Shown: positions 1 through 10,150 of the stretch, one piece after another
Layout of the letters: every line of letters begins with the position of its first letter
Numbering within the stretch: the first letter of the stretch is position 1
NCBI GenBank assembly: GCA_002269645.1
Contig: NIVC01001581.1
Coordinates: 124,001 to 188,000, forward strand
Source: Macrostomum lignano
Taxonomy: Eukaryota
Direction: 5' to 3'
Length of the DNA: 64,000 bases
Notes under the pieces: model-generated
Told to the model about the DNA's origin: nothing
The model's input: the letters and a program-made list of their open reading frames with translations, nothing else
Databases searched by the model: none
Made by a program: the position numbers and the translations under genes

Positions 1-45
1 TTCTGGCTTTGAGTAAAGGATGCCTGAACTTTGCAAGCAGTCCAC

Positions 46-1278
46 CTTGACGCTGTAGTTGCCCCTGTCAGTCACCAGAATCCGTCTGTCCAGCGTCACC
101 GCCAGACCCTCCGGTCGGTTCAAGTCGCCCGGCCCGGAGCCCAGCTGGCCGATCCGGTTTCTGAGGGCACCGCTGGGCCACAGGATGAAGACGCAGTGCT
201 GCCCAGCATCCGCAATCAGGTAATAATCGTTTTGAGTAGCCGCAACGCCTCGAGGTTCGCGAAATAGGCTGACGGACTGGTTGATCAGCCTCAGGAACTC
301 GCCGTTCTCGCTGCTGAACAGCTTGAGCTGAGCATGGATGGTGTCCACCACAGCCACGCTGCCGTCGCTGATCACGGCGACTCCCGAGGGTGCGTTCAAG
401 TTCCAGTCGGAGTCGCCCGGTTCGCCGAAAGCGAGTCGAACGTCGCCGACCGGAGTGACGATAAGGACTCGGTGACTGCCGGCGTCTGAGATCACCAGGT
501 CGCCTGGATGGAGTGGTTGAGGTTCTCAGCAGCGCTACTAGGGAGTTTCTGAGTTCTGAGTCTGAGCTTTATCAGTGAAAATGCGACATCGTCCCACACA
601 ACCAGCGCTGCCTCCTGAGCACAGACAAGTGAGCCAATACTGTACACAGACACGCACTCACACACACGCTCACAAAGGGTGTACAGCGGACCTTCGACTT
701 TCTAATCGGTCAGGGATGTACACTGTCTGTGCCTTGGGGGTTGGCCCTCATGGCTGAGAATCGTACTGACAACTCACCTGGCCAATTTTCGTGCGCCAGC
801 ACCAGAGGCGCCAGCACCAGAGGCGCCAGCACCAGAGGCGCCAGCACCAGAGGCGCCAGCACCAGAGGCGCCAGCACCAGAGGCGCCAGCACCAGAGGCG
901 CCAGCACCAGAGGCGCCAGCACCAGAGGCGCCAGCACCAGAGGCGCCAGCACCAGAGGCGCCAGCACCAGAGGCGCCAGCACCAGAGGCGCCAGCACCAG
1001 AGGCGCCAGCACCAGAGGCGCCAGCACCAGAGGCGCCAGCTGCAGCTACAGCTGCTGCAGACGTATCGGCGCCACATCAACTCACCAGTCTGTGTTGCTG
1101 CCAAACCAGCCGCGACCCGAACTGCGTGCCTCCCGGTCGGCGCCAAGCGGCACCTCAGCTTGTCGCTCTGCACGCATGGCAACGGCTCGCCGACAAGAAT
1201 ATGCCCGAAGCCAGGCCGGGTTTTGCCGCTGAACGCCACGGTAAAATTGTTGATCAACCTGCGCATGGTCTCCATGCC
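46..1278 (-). CDS. NHL-repeat (beta-propeller) protein, partial; exons 1278-1086 and 503-46, continues beyond the left edge
   Basis: Manual minus-strand translation gives ...AAGLAATQT|GDLVISDAGSHRVLIV...NAPSGVAVISDGSVAVVD...EPRGVAATQNDYYLIADAGQHCVFI...NRPEGLAVTLDRRILVTDRGNYSVK, i.e. repeated NHL motifs (P-x-G-[LV]-A-V ... D-x-x-N-x-R). Splice sites are phase-compatible: ccag|GGCATG (1278), ACTG|gtgagt (1086), ccag|GCGAC (503), CAAG|gtgga (46). The main exon is missing from the ORF track. Confidence 0.8.
610..790. mobile_element. Short dispersed repeat (~180 bp), copy 1, in the NHL gene intron
   Basis: Reverse-complement match to 51570-51765, including the exact 19-mer gactttctaatcggtcagg (696-714 vs 51647-51665) and the shared ctgtgccttggg.gttggccc block. 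Confidence 0.65.
796..1040. repeat. 15-bp minisatellite (gccagcaccagaggc) x ~16, intronic
   Basis: Direct inspection. Explains the LAPLV/GASTR/RRQHQ/CWRLW ORFs. Confidence 0.95.
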
Positions 1279-1713
1279 CTGGGTCAGTATGGTTTGTTGG
1301 TGTATCGCCAGTTTCACACTTCAGTGTACTCAATTTGACTTCATCCGGATTTTTTCTAGTAAGATCTGCATGCCCATTTATACACGCATATCTATCCCAA
1401 TGTTTGAGCAGATTAAACTGAACACGTAGTAGCATGCGTACACGCACCTGGGAAGAAATCTAAAACGTCTATAATTTAATATTTGAACAAGATAGTTGGA
1501 AAAAAATTAATCATCAATTCAAACAAACCAGATATAGCTCGCATTGGGGCAACTGGCAACTGCTCACAGGTAAGAAGAAATTCAGTCCAAATTCTTTACT
1601 CTTACATTTGTATTTACATGTAGATTCTGCTATTTACAGTCTACAGTGCATATACCGAGCGTATTGTAACAGATACACGGGATACACAGCGGACTTAACT
1701 TGTGGACTGCATG

Positions 1714-2200
1714 GCGCCAAACTGTCAGATATATATCTGTGCCATTTTCTACTGGAACTAGCGCCAAACTGTCAGATATATATCTGCGCCATTTTCTACT
1801 GGAACTAGCGCCAAACTGTCAGATATATATCTGCGCCATTTTCTACTGGAACTGGCGCCAAACTGTCAGATATATATCTGTGCCATTTTCTACTGGAACT
1901 AGCGCCAAACTATCAGATATATATCTGTGCCATTTTCTACTGGAACTAGCCCCAAACTGTCAGCTATATATCTGTGCCATTTTCTACTGGAACTGGCCCC
2001 AAACTATCAGATATATATCTGCGCCATTTCTACTGGACTGGCGCCAAACTTTCAGATTTATATCGGCGCGCGCCATTTTCTACTTGACTGGCGTTAAACT
2101 GTCAGATTTATATCGGCGCGCGCCATTTTCTACTTGACTGGCGTTAAACTGTCAGATATATAACGGCGCCGAACTGTGATATATTGGGCGCCATTTTCTA
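1714..2200. repeat. 47-bp minisatellite with an internal palindrome
   Basis: Unit gcgccaaactgtcagatatatatctgtgccattttctactggaacta (starts at 1714 and 1761), about 9-10 copies, degenerating to the right. Confidence 0.9.
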
Positions 2201-3189
2201 ACTAGACGTACCGGTACATCTAAAAGACAGTTTTCTACATGTATCTGTGTAGTGTTTTATATATTTTTTCAGGCAGTGTCAGCCTTCTTCCGAAGTTTTT
2301 CCCGTACTTCGAGTACATGTACACACAGTAAGTCATCATTAACAATTGCTCGTACATACTAGGAAAATTATATAGAGAGCAGAAAATAGCACATATCTAA
2401 AGAACTCACTGTTTTAATCCTAATAAGGGAATATAAAATTACGGAGCTCAAGGTTTTGTTTTCGACCTACAAACGAAGAAACACAGACAGTCCTGAGCAG
2501 CACTAGGCACGCATTACTGCCTCCTTTTTATCTCTCTACCTCCCGCTGTTTATCGGCTTCTCCACACAATATTTTATCTCAAGCCTAAGCATCTGTCTCT
2601 CTCCCTCCCTCTCTCGCCTAATCTCTTTAAAGCGCATATGCAGTATTGGCTTGACTTGCTCCTACAGATAGCCCAGCCTCCCGCTCTCTCGTCATCATCA
2701 TTCCCCTTTTTCTTGATTTCTCTTTCTCTTGCTTGCTTCGAATGGCCCCTGTCCCGCTTTCTATATTTGCTTCTATCCTCTTCTCTGTGGGCTGCAGGCT
2801 TTGAGTTGTCCCGGCTGCCTGCCCCCACCCCTTATGTCCCCCTGCCTCACCACCGCCCCCTCTTCCCCTCAACCCACCCGGTTCCGCATCCTCATTTGTG
2901 TATTCTGCCGACATCCGTGCTGCGCGCGCCTCTAAGACTTGTATATGGCTGAGAATCTTTAAGTCTCAGCCCGCTTTGAGTGTCCTGTCCTGCAACGTGT
3001 TTTGTTGTCTTGTTATACCGATGCAGCCAGGGCCGGGTTACAGGCAATCAACTGCTTGGGACAGCCGACTGACCTCCCGGCGTTGTTGTGTTGCCTTTGA
3101 ATTTTACTTGAACCATATAAATTTCCAAACCATTTCAGGTAGATAGACGAGTGTGAAGGTGTGAATGACCGTGATACACACTGAGGCAG

Positions 3190-3335
3190 GCACCAAGACA
3201 GACAGACAGAAACAGAAAGAGACACACACAGACACTAAGACAGACAGACAGACAGAAAGACAGACAGCCGCAAAGACAATCGCTAGGCCATACAGACAGA
3301 CAGACAGACAGCCGCAAAGACAATCGCTAGCCAAT

Positions 3336-3370
<35 letters not shown>

Positions 3371-3440
3371 GCCGCAAAGACAATCGCTAGGCCATACAGA
3401 CAGACAGACAGACAGCCGCAAAGACAATCGCTAGCTAAGA
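3190..3440. repeat. Compound (GACA)n microsatellite with a repeated gccgcaaagacaatcgctag block
   Basis: Direct inspection; the block recurs four times between GACA runs. Confidence 0.9.
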
Positions 3441-3899
3441 CAGAAAGTCAGGCAGGACATAAGAAAATCACCATCAATAAGATTGACGAGACTACAATTA
3501 CGGGCAATAATTAACTCAAAGCAGAAAGTAAGACACGAGCTGTTCGTAAGAATATTTCTGACAGACAGTTTAATTAAACAACTGTTATGGGCCGAAACGT
3601 AGACAGGCCGCAATCGCGAAAACTTTTTGTTTATATATTTATAGACTTCTTCAATCTGATCCCTAATGCATGATTTATCAAGCCGGGGGTTTTGCGGGGG
3701 AGGTGGCACACGGAAGCCGCCAAAGCAGCAAGGAACAGGATTTAAAGAAATGCTCCGACAATGACTGCTGCTAGAAAATCTAGCATAACAGAGCAAAGGA
3801 AGAAGCCGGCAAAACCAAGAGCTTACGATATGCATTTTAAAATGCTTAACGACTTAAATTTGTTGCTAGATTTAACGATAAGATTTAGTAGCTTAGTTT

Positions 3900-4837
3900 G
3901 GGCCATAAACTATTATGCTGTAGCCAAGGTTGGGCCATAGACTATTATGCTGCAGCTAAGGTTGGGCCATAGACTATTATGCTGCAGCTAAGGTTGGGCC
4001 ATAGATTATGCTGTAGCTAAGGTTGGGCCATAGATTATGCTGTAGCTAAGGTTGGGCCATAGACTATTATGCTGCAGCTAAGGTTGGGCCATAGATTATT
4101 ATGCTGCAGCTAAAGTTGGGCCATAGACTATTATGCTGCAGCTAAGGTTGGGCCATAGACTATTATGCTGCAGCTAAGGTTGGGCCATAGATTATGCTGT
4201 AGCTAAGGTTGGGCCATAGACTATTATGCTGCAGCTAAGGTTGGGCCATAGACTATTATGCTGCAGCTAAGGTTGGGCCATAGATTATGCTGTAGCTAAG
4301 GTTGGGCCATAGACTATTATGCTGCAGCTAAGGTTGGGCCATAGACTATTATGCTGCAGCTAAGGTTGGGCCATAGATTATGCTGTAGCTAAGGTTGGGC
4401 CATAGACTATTATGCTGCAGCTAAGGTTGGGCCATAGACTATTATGCTGCAGCTAAGGTTGGGCCATAGATTATGCTGTAGCTAAGGTTGGGCCATAGAC
4501 TATTATGCTGCAGCTAAGGTTGGGCCATAGACTATTATGCTGCAGCTAAGGTTGGGCCATAGATTATGCTGTAGCTAAGGTTGGGCCATAGACTATTATG
4601 CTGTAGCTAAGGTTGGGCCATAGACTATTATGCTGCAGCTAAGGTTGGGCCATAGACTATTATGCTGCAGCTAAGGTTGGGCCATAGACTATTATGCTGC
4701 AGCTAAGGTTGGGCCATAGATTATGCTGTAGCTAAGGTTGGGCCATAGACTATTATGCTGCAGCTAAGGTTGGGCCATTGACTATTATGCTGAAGCTAAG
4801 GTTGGGCCATAGATTATGCTGTAGCTAAGGTTGGGTC
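3900..4837. repeat. 32/29-bp minisatellite directly downstream of PINX1
   Basis: Units gggccatagactattatgctgcagctaaggtt (32 bp) and gggccatagattatgctgtagctaaggtt (29 bp), about 30 copies. Confidence 0.95.
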
Positions 4838-4907
4838 ATGACTTTCAGTATTTAGTAGTGGCTAGGCTTGACCATAGATTGATGAAATTTAGCCATAAGT
4901 TCAAAAA

Positions 4908-6026
4908 TCAATAGTACAAATATCCAAGAACGCGTTGCATTTGACTGCCAGGATATTTGCTAAAATCAATCACAAGCATATCGTTTTCATTGCTGTCACT
5001 GTTGCTCCCATCGGCATTGACAGACTTAACATCGCTTAGAACATCCGCTTGAGGCGATAGACTGAAACAAACTCGCTTGGAAGGTTTGATTGACAGGTCA
5101 TCGGTAACAGTTTCAGTCAGAGTTTCTTCGTTATTGCCGGACAAAGTGCTAGCCGCACTGCAACTTGATTCGCTGGTCCAAGAGGACTGGCTCTCCTCCA
5201 GAGCTTCAGGCTCTGGTTTAATCGCTACAGGAGATAAGTCCTGTTCTTGCTGCTGTTGCTGCTGCTGTTCCAGCTTGATTTTTCGTTCCAACATTTTCGT
5301 TCGAAAATAATCCTGCAGAGAAGTTTGACTCTGTACCAGATGAAGGCCGTTACTAAGCGGATTAGTAGCTGTTAGGCAAGCTTCGCTATTGGAGTGCGCC
5401 AAAGGCTTGTTGCTAGGCTGAAAGCCGAATCCAAAAGTGCTTGGAGCATCCTCTTCTTCATCTACAGAATCCTCGCCTTTGCTATTATTATTAGCAGGCT
5501 CGGCCGAATCCTCAATATCAGAATCGTTATTGGCTTTCGACCCGGCTCTCGTACCGAATATGCAAGCTAAAGCTTTGCTACCATAGACAGATACATCTTT
5601 GCCCCTGGTGAATCGATGATAATGCAATCTAGCCCGTGAGGCTTTCGATTTCGCTTCTAAACTGACAGCAGGAAGGCTGCTTGTTGCTGTTGCACTACTA
5701 TTGTTGTCATGGCAACCGTTGCCAGTGCCACTACCGTGCTCCTGATTCAACTGACTAAGCAAGCTAGCAAAATCGTCGCTCTGTGGCATGGATTCGGCGG
5801 CGTAGGCGCCGGAGCAGCCAATCCCGCGTTGGTCGTTTTTCTGGCGAACTTTAATTGGTTCAACGGCGCCTTGACCGTCTTTGCCGAGACCCCGGCCCTC
5901 GCGCCAGCCCATACTGTGCATTAGTCGCTGACCAAATTGGCTACTATCGCCTTTGTCGCGCCAATCGTGACCGCTAGGATTTACAGTGTAGCGAACTTTA
6001 CGCCTGGGCTCCGCTAGCATAGCCAT
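4908..6026 (-). CDS. PINX1: PIN2/TERF1-interacting telomerase inhibitor 1 (G-patch protein; Gno1/Pxr1 family), intronless, 372 aa
   Basis: N-terminus MAMLAEPRRK...FGQRLMHSMGWREGRGLGKDGQGAVEPIKV (G-patch), FASLLSQLN, SLEAKSKASRARLHYHRFTRGKD and LACIFG correspond block by block to PINX1 as I recall it. The C-terminal YPGSQ..VLGY resembles the invertebrate PINX1 end. ATG start and stop codon present. Confidence 0.92.
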   Translation of the reverse strand: MAMLAEPRRKVRYTVNPSGHDWRDKGDSSQFGQRLMHSMGWREGRGLGKDGQGAVEPIKVRQKNDQRGIGCSGAYAAESMPQSDDFASLLSQLNQEHGSGTGNGCHDNNSSATATSSLPAVSLEAKSKASRARLHYHRFTRGKDVSVYGSKALACIFGTRAGSKANNDSDIEDSAEPANNNSKGEDSVDEEEDAPSTFGFGFQPSNKPLAHSNSEACLTATNPLSNGLHLVQSQTSLQDYFRTKMLERKIKLEQQQQQQQEQDLSPVAIKPEPEALEESQSSWTSESSCSAASTLSGNNEETLTETVTDDLSIKPSKRVCFSLSPQADVLSDVKSVNADGSNSDSNENDMLVIDFSKYPGSQMQRVLGYLYY

Positions 6027-6439
6027 CCTTATACTACACTTTTTTCTTTAGTTGTTTGATAATTTGTTGTTTTGTCAATAATTCAACTGGCCAACTTTAC
6101 TGCGTTGACTGAAAATGATAGGGAATGAATATTAATTTAGTTTTGGTTTGTTTTCTGCGTTGAAATCGATTCAAGCTACTTACAGTAGTACTATTTAAAG
6201 CAAAACAAAAAATAATTCGTAGCGGAATAATGTTTTACTAGACGAGTTTGCTGTCAATAGCAAGGACATACAACACCATGTCAAAGATTAATTTAACGCC
6301 ATAGATTTTCATCTACTTAGTAAGTAGTATGTTGTCTAATAGCAAAGAGGAGCCACTTTTAAAACGCATAAAATTCACACGAGTGAAATATAAAATTATG
6401 TGTAACATCGAAAAGCATTAAAGTAACAATAAAGCATCA

Positions 6440-9400
6440 TCAGCCATTCGCGAATTCAGCTGCTCTCGATTTCGAACCGGATGAAGTTGCACCGCCAACA
6501 GGCGATGCCTGATTACAGCAGACAGCCGTCTCAGCAATGTCGAACAGCTCATTCGCTAAACTGGATAAAGTTGTCTGCCACCTATCCGCCTTCTGCTGCT
6601 GCTGCTCCTGCTGTTGCTGACTGTCGCAGGCGTCTTCAGCTCCGCCACCTTGCTGATCAAAAGTACGCCGGAACGAGAACACGGAAGAAGTGCGCCTGGA
6701 CTGTTGCGAACGGACGCTTGAGCAGCGGCTTTGCAAGTAGAGACGCGAGTTAGTGAATGTGTCAGCGGCCCGGTCCCAGTGCGACCTTTGGCTAACAATC
6801 TCCTCGCTAATGGGATGAACGAATACCGATGGGCGACGAATTGATTTCATAAAGGCCGGATAAGCGTCCCAGGATAAGCCGGGCATTATTTCGTCAAAGT
6901 CTGACAGCGAAAAAAACACCTCGCCGATGCATCTGTCCTGTCGCAAGTACTCGTGGTCCATCACTAGAAAGTGCAAGCAGCAGCCCTTCTCGCTGATAAA
7001 TTCCTGCGGAATACTCGAGGCTTTGAAACTGTACAGAAACAGAGGATTAGTAGTCTGCTGCATAACAGGCGTGCGGTAATGGCTTCTAGCTGTGAACATT
7101 GTCTCAGGCTTTAAATAGGCAATGACGTAGGGATCGCTGAGTAGGTTGCGATCAAGGCCAGGCAAACTTTTGCAATCAACAATCAGGCATTGCAGTGATA
7201 GCATGCCTTTTGCTTCGCGACACAGTCCGGCTTTAATAGTTAAATGGCCTAAGTAGTTGCTAGGCGTGCCCATGCTAGAATGAATCAGCTTTGAGTAATA
7301 CTCTAGTAGAAGACGCTCGGTCGGTTTGGCGTTCTGGACGAGAATTTCGTTGATAAAAAAGTAACGAGAATCCCCAGCGAGAACGTCCTCGCTGAGGCCT
7401 CGATGAAGAAAAAATGATTTTATTGAAGTCATGTGCTTGAGCATCATCTCGTAGTAGCCGGGCTTTTCACCAGACAATAGTGTGTCGGAGAAGGCGGACA
7501 AAACACCCGACCAGACAGCGCTGAGCATTCGGGGACAGATAGTCTCCTCAAGCTTGTCAGATAGCATGCTAAGATTGGTGTTAAGATAGCCCAACAAGCT
7601 GTCGATTGAGCCGCGCTTGTCCGGTTCAGTTCGCGTGAAAAACAGCGTGTGCTTCAGCACGTCACGGTGCAGCCGCTCGGCTACTTGCCGTTCAATCTTG
7701 CGGCACTTCAGTAGAACATCATCATTAGCGTCTTCGATTACAGATTCCATGGCTTGAACAAACTGAGGCCTTAGGTCAACTTCATCGCCTCCGGGAACAA
7801 CTACCTTGTTTAGAGCATCTTCCCAGAGAAATTCTTTTGGCAAGTTGTGCAAAAACTTTCTAGCGTGCTCGATATTATTCAGCGAGATGCACAACTGATC
7901 GCTAACATCGAATTGTTGACCACGTTTGTCAAACAACGAGTTTGCCTCAAGGATGTTGCATACCTTTTTGGCATAAAAACAGATGCCATCGCAGATACAA
8001 TCGGTCATCTTGAGCGTGCCAAATACATTGTCAAGACAGCTTACTAGATCAATCTCGTTCCATTCTGAGATGATCTTGTGAAAAACGCTGAGCACATCAA
8101 CTACAGAATTGGAAATCTTGACGGTAGAATCAATCTCAACAATGTCTTTCTCAATTTCTAGGGCTCTGCTAATGCGAAATTGACTCTGCACCTTGAAAGT
8201 TTGCAACCAAAAGATTGAAGCTTCTGAGAAACACTCGGTCAAGTTGCAAAGAGACACCTTGAAAATTTCGCGCTCAGAAATGAAGGTACGACAAATTGTT
8301 GTAAACCGCTTAATGGTCAGGTAGAGCTTCAGTGAGCGCTTGCTACTGTCAGTAATATTGGCCATGAAGTTACGATAACGACTCTGGTAGTCATTTAGCA
8401 AAGCCATTAACTGACGAGTGTGGGACATTATCAGAGAGTCGATTGAAAATACAACAATCTTACGAAACTGAACGCCAATGTGTTCACGAAAGTAGTCATC
8501 AACGTAGACACCATTCTCAATTGACTGATATAGTTCGTCTAATACAGAGATCATCTTGTCGATATCCTGCAGCACCAGCTCCTTGTGCTCCTCACACTTC
8601 AACTCGCCTATAGCACGCTGAAAGCTGCTCTTGGCATCCGATTGAATTCGTTGAGTCAGCTTGGCAACTAACTGCGCCTTAGCGGAAAATTTCTGATCCA
8701 TATCAACTGTTGTAATAAAGAAGTGCTCCAAATTTAGCAGATCAATAATGCCTGTCAGCTTGCATCGCCAGATTAAAAAGTTCGCCTCAGTAGCGGGAAC
8801 AATAGTTGGCAGGCTGCTAATGTCCTGCAGTTTGTAGTTGATGTACAATTCAACCACTGTAAATAGAGTCGCTACGTCAAAATGACGAAGACTGGAGATG
8901 ACCGATTGAACCTGATTAATTCCAGGCGGGTAATGCATCGTCTCTAATTTCAGTGCAGCAACCAGGTCGCGAACGAAGGCGTCATTATCAACTAATCGTT
9001 TCTCTAGAATAGCATGAAGACATCGAACAAGACGAAATAGCTTAACTTCTAACGCTGAAAAGTAGGCCACGGATTCAAAGACAGCTAGAAGATTTTTAGA
9101 CGAAGCCGAAAAGTTGTCTAGAAAATGTGTGTACGATCGTTGAGCAGCGTTCGGATCAGAGCCGATTGACATCTTGCGATTTTCGAACAGTAGTACACGA
9201 GTATACAATAGTTCGTACAGTTGCGCATAAGTTACTGGAACAGTGCAACAATCAGCCTCAACTGGCGCAATTTCCTGTGTGATAGAATTAGCAAAAATGA
9301 AGCTAACGTCCACTGTACACGTGCCAATTGTTTTTGCTCGCCCGTTACTGGGCCGATTGCCAAGTAGGGCGTCGAAACTGGTGTCTTTGAGTCCTTTGCA

Positions 9401-10150
9401 GGTAATATCCCTCAATGGGATACTGGTGCAGCAGACAAAGTGACTAGCGGAATCGCTAGATGAACTAGACGAATTAAGCGAGCCAGCACGACGCATCGAT
9501 GGCTGATGATCGGAGTGAAACACAATATCCAAACTAGAAGCTTTACAATCCAAGCCGCGAAACACAAATACCTGATCAAACTGCCACACAGCATTGGACA
9601 GATGATCGATGCGAGGCTTAACTCGAACGGACCGTTGGCCTTCAGAAAATTCGCCACTACAGCTGTATGATTCAGCAGTAGATGAAGAAGACGATGTGGC
9701 AGTAGCGATTGAAAACGATGGCGATTTGCCAGTCTTACTGCGACTAGGCCAGAGACTGTTTACCAGACTGGACTTAGACTTGGACGGCTTTGATAGACAC
9801 AGACTGGCGTGTAGAAATCCGAGATGGCACTGACTCGTGGTCAGTACTAAATTTGATAGCCGCACAGCCAAGGCCACTTCGGGTGACGGCTCATTTCGCG
9901 CCAGATTCATCAGTTCCAATTGTTGCACATCAGGCAGCGGCATCACTGTGAACAGGTGCTTTAAAAGCTGGGCAGACTGCAGTCCCAAGTGAGCGGGTTT
10001 TCTGCCAGGTAGATGGGCCAACATGTTGACCAGCTTGTGCAGAGCGAAGTCTTCCAGCTCGGATGAGACGGAGTAACAGCGGGCATTGCGCCGCAGACAG
10101 GCATCGGAATCCATGATAGAGACGGAGGAGTGCAGCAAGCTAGATGGCAT
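6440..10150 (-). CDS. BAIAP3: BAIAP3/Munc13-4-like priming factor (C2A-MUN/MHD-C2B), intronless, ~1236 aa from the first ATG (frame open to 10195)
   Basis: 3.7-kb uninterrupted ORF. C-terminal C2 domain (LPGLDRNLLSDPYV...QTTNPLF...LVMDHEYLRQDRCIGE), long helical MUN-like middle (SNSVVDVLSVF, LCISLNNIEH, LLGYLNTNL), degenerate N-terminal C2 (FVCCTSIPLRDI...GTCTVDVSF). The track start at 10195 is TTG; the first ATG is at 10150. BAIAP3 vs UNC13D is not resolved. Confidence 0.82.
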   Translation of the reverse strand: MPSSLLHSSVSIMDSDACLRRNARCYSVSSELEDFALHKLVNMLAHLPGRKPAHLGLQSAQLLKHLFTVMPLPDVQQLELMNLARNEPSPEVALAVRLSNLVLTTSQCHLGFLHASLCLSKPSKSKSSLVNSLWPSRSKTGKSPSFSIATATSSSSSTAESYSCSGEFSEGQRSVRVKPRIDHLSNAVWQFDQVFVFRGLDCKASSLDIVFHSDHQPSMRRAGSLNSSSSSSDSASHFVCCTSIPLRDITCKGLKDTSFDALLGNRPSNGRAKTIGTCTVDVSFIFANSITQEIAPVEADCCTVPVTYAQLYELLYTRVLLFENRKMSIGSDPNAAQRSYTHFLDNFSASSKNLLAVFESVAYFSALEVKLFRLVRCLHAILEKRLVDNDAFVRDLVAALKLETMHYPPGINQVQSVISSLRHFDVATLFTVVELYINYKLQDISSLPTIVPATEANFLIWRCKLTGIIDLLNLEHFFITTVDMDQKFSAKAQLVAKLTQRIQSDAKSSFQRAIGELKCEEHKELVLQDIDKMISVLDELYQSIENGVYVDDYFREHIGVQFRKIVVFSIDSLIMSHTRQLMALLNDYQSRYRNFMANITDSSKRSLKLYLTIKRFTTICRTFISEREIFKVSLCNLTECFSEASIFWLQTFKVQSQFRISRALEIEKDIVEIDSTVKISNSVVDVLSVFHKIISEWNEIDLVSCLDNVFGTLKMTDCICDGICFYAKKVCNILEANSLFDKRGQQFDVSDQLCISLNNIEHARKFLHNLPKEFLWEDALNKVVVPGGDEVDLRPQFVQAMESVIEDANDDVLLKCRKIERQVAERLHRDVLKHTLFFTRTEPDKRGSIDSLLGYLNTNLSMLSDKLEETICPRMLSAVWSGVLSAFSDTLLSGEKPGYYEMMLKHMTSIKSFFLHRGLSEDVLAGDSRYFFINEILVQNAKPTERLLLEYYSKLIHSSMGTPSNYLGHLTIKAGLCREAKGMLSLQCLIVDCKSLPGLDRNLLSDPYVIAYLKPETMFTARSHYRTPVMQQTTNPLFLYSFKASSIPQEFISEKGCCLHFLVMDHEYLRQDRCIGEVFFSLSDFDEIMPGLSWDAYPAFMKSIRRPSVFVHPISEEIVSQRSHWDRAADTFTNSRLYLQSRCSSVRSQQSRRTSSVFSFRRTFDQQGGGAEDACDSQQQQEQQQQKADRWQTTLSSLANELFDIAETAVCCNQASPVGGATSSGSKSRAAEFANG

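Noticed and set aside
3555-3625. Hammerhead-like ctgacag...stem...gccgaaacgt
   Set aside because: The core is not CUGANGA and I cannot form stems I and III; ctgacgag at ~40015 has no downstream GAAA.
3900-4837. Telomere-like link between PINX1 and the adjacent array
   Set aside because: The unit contains no TTAGGG or CCCTAA; proximity looks coincidental.
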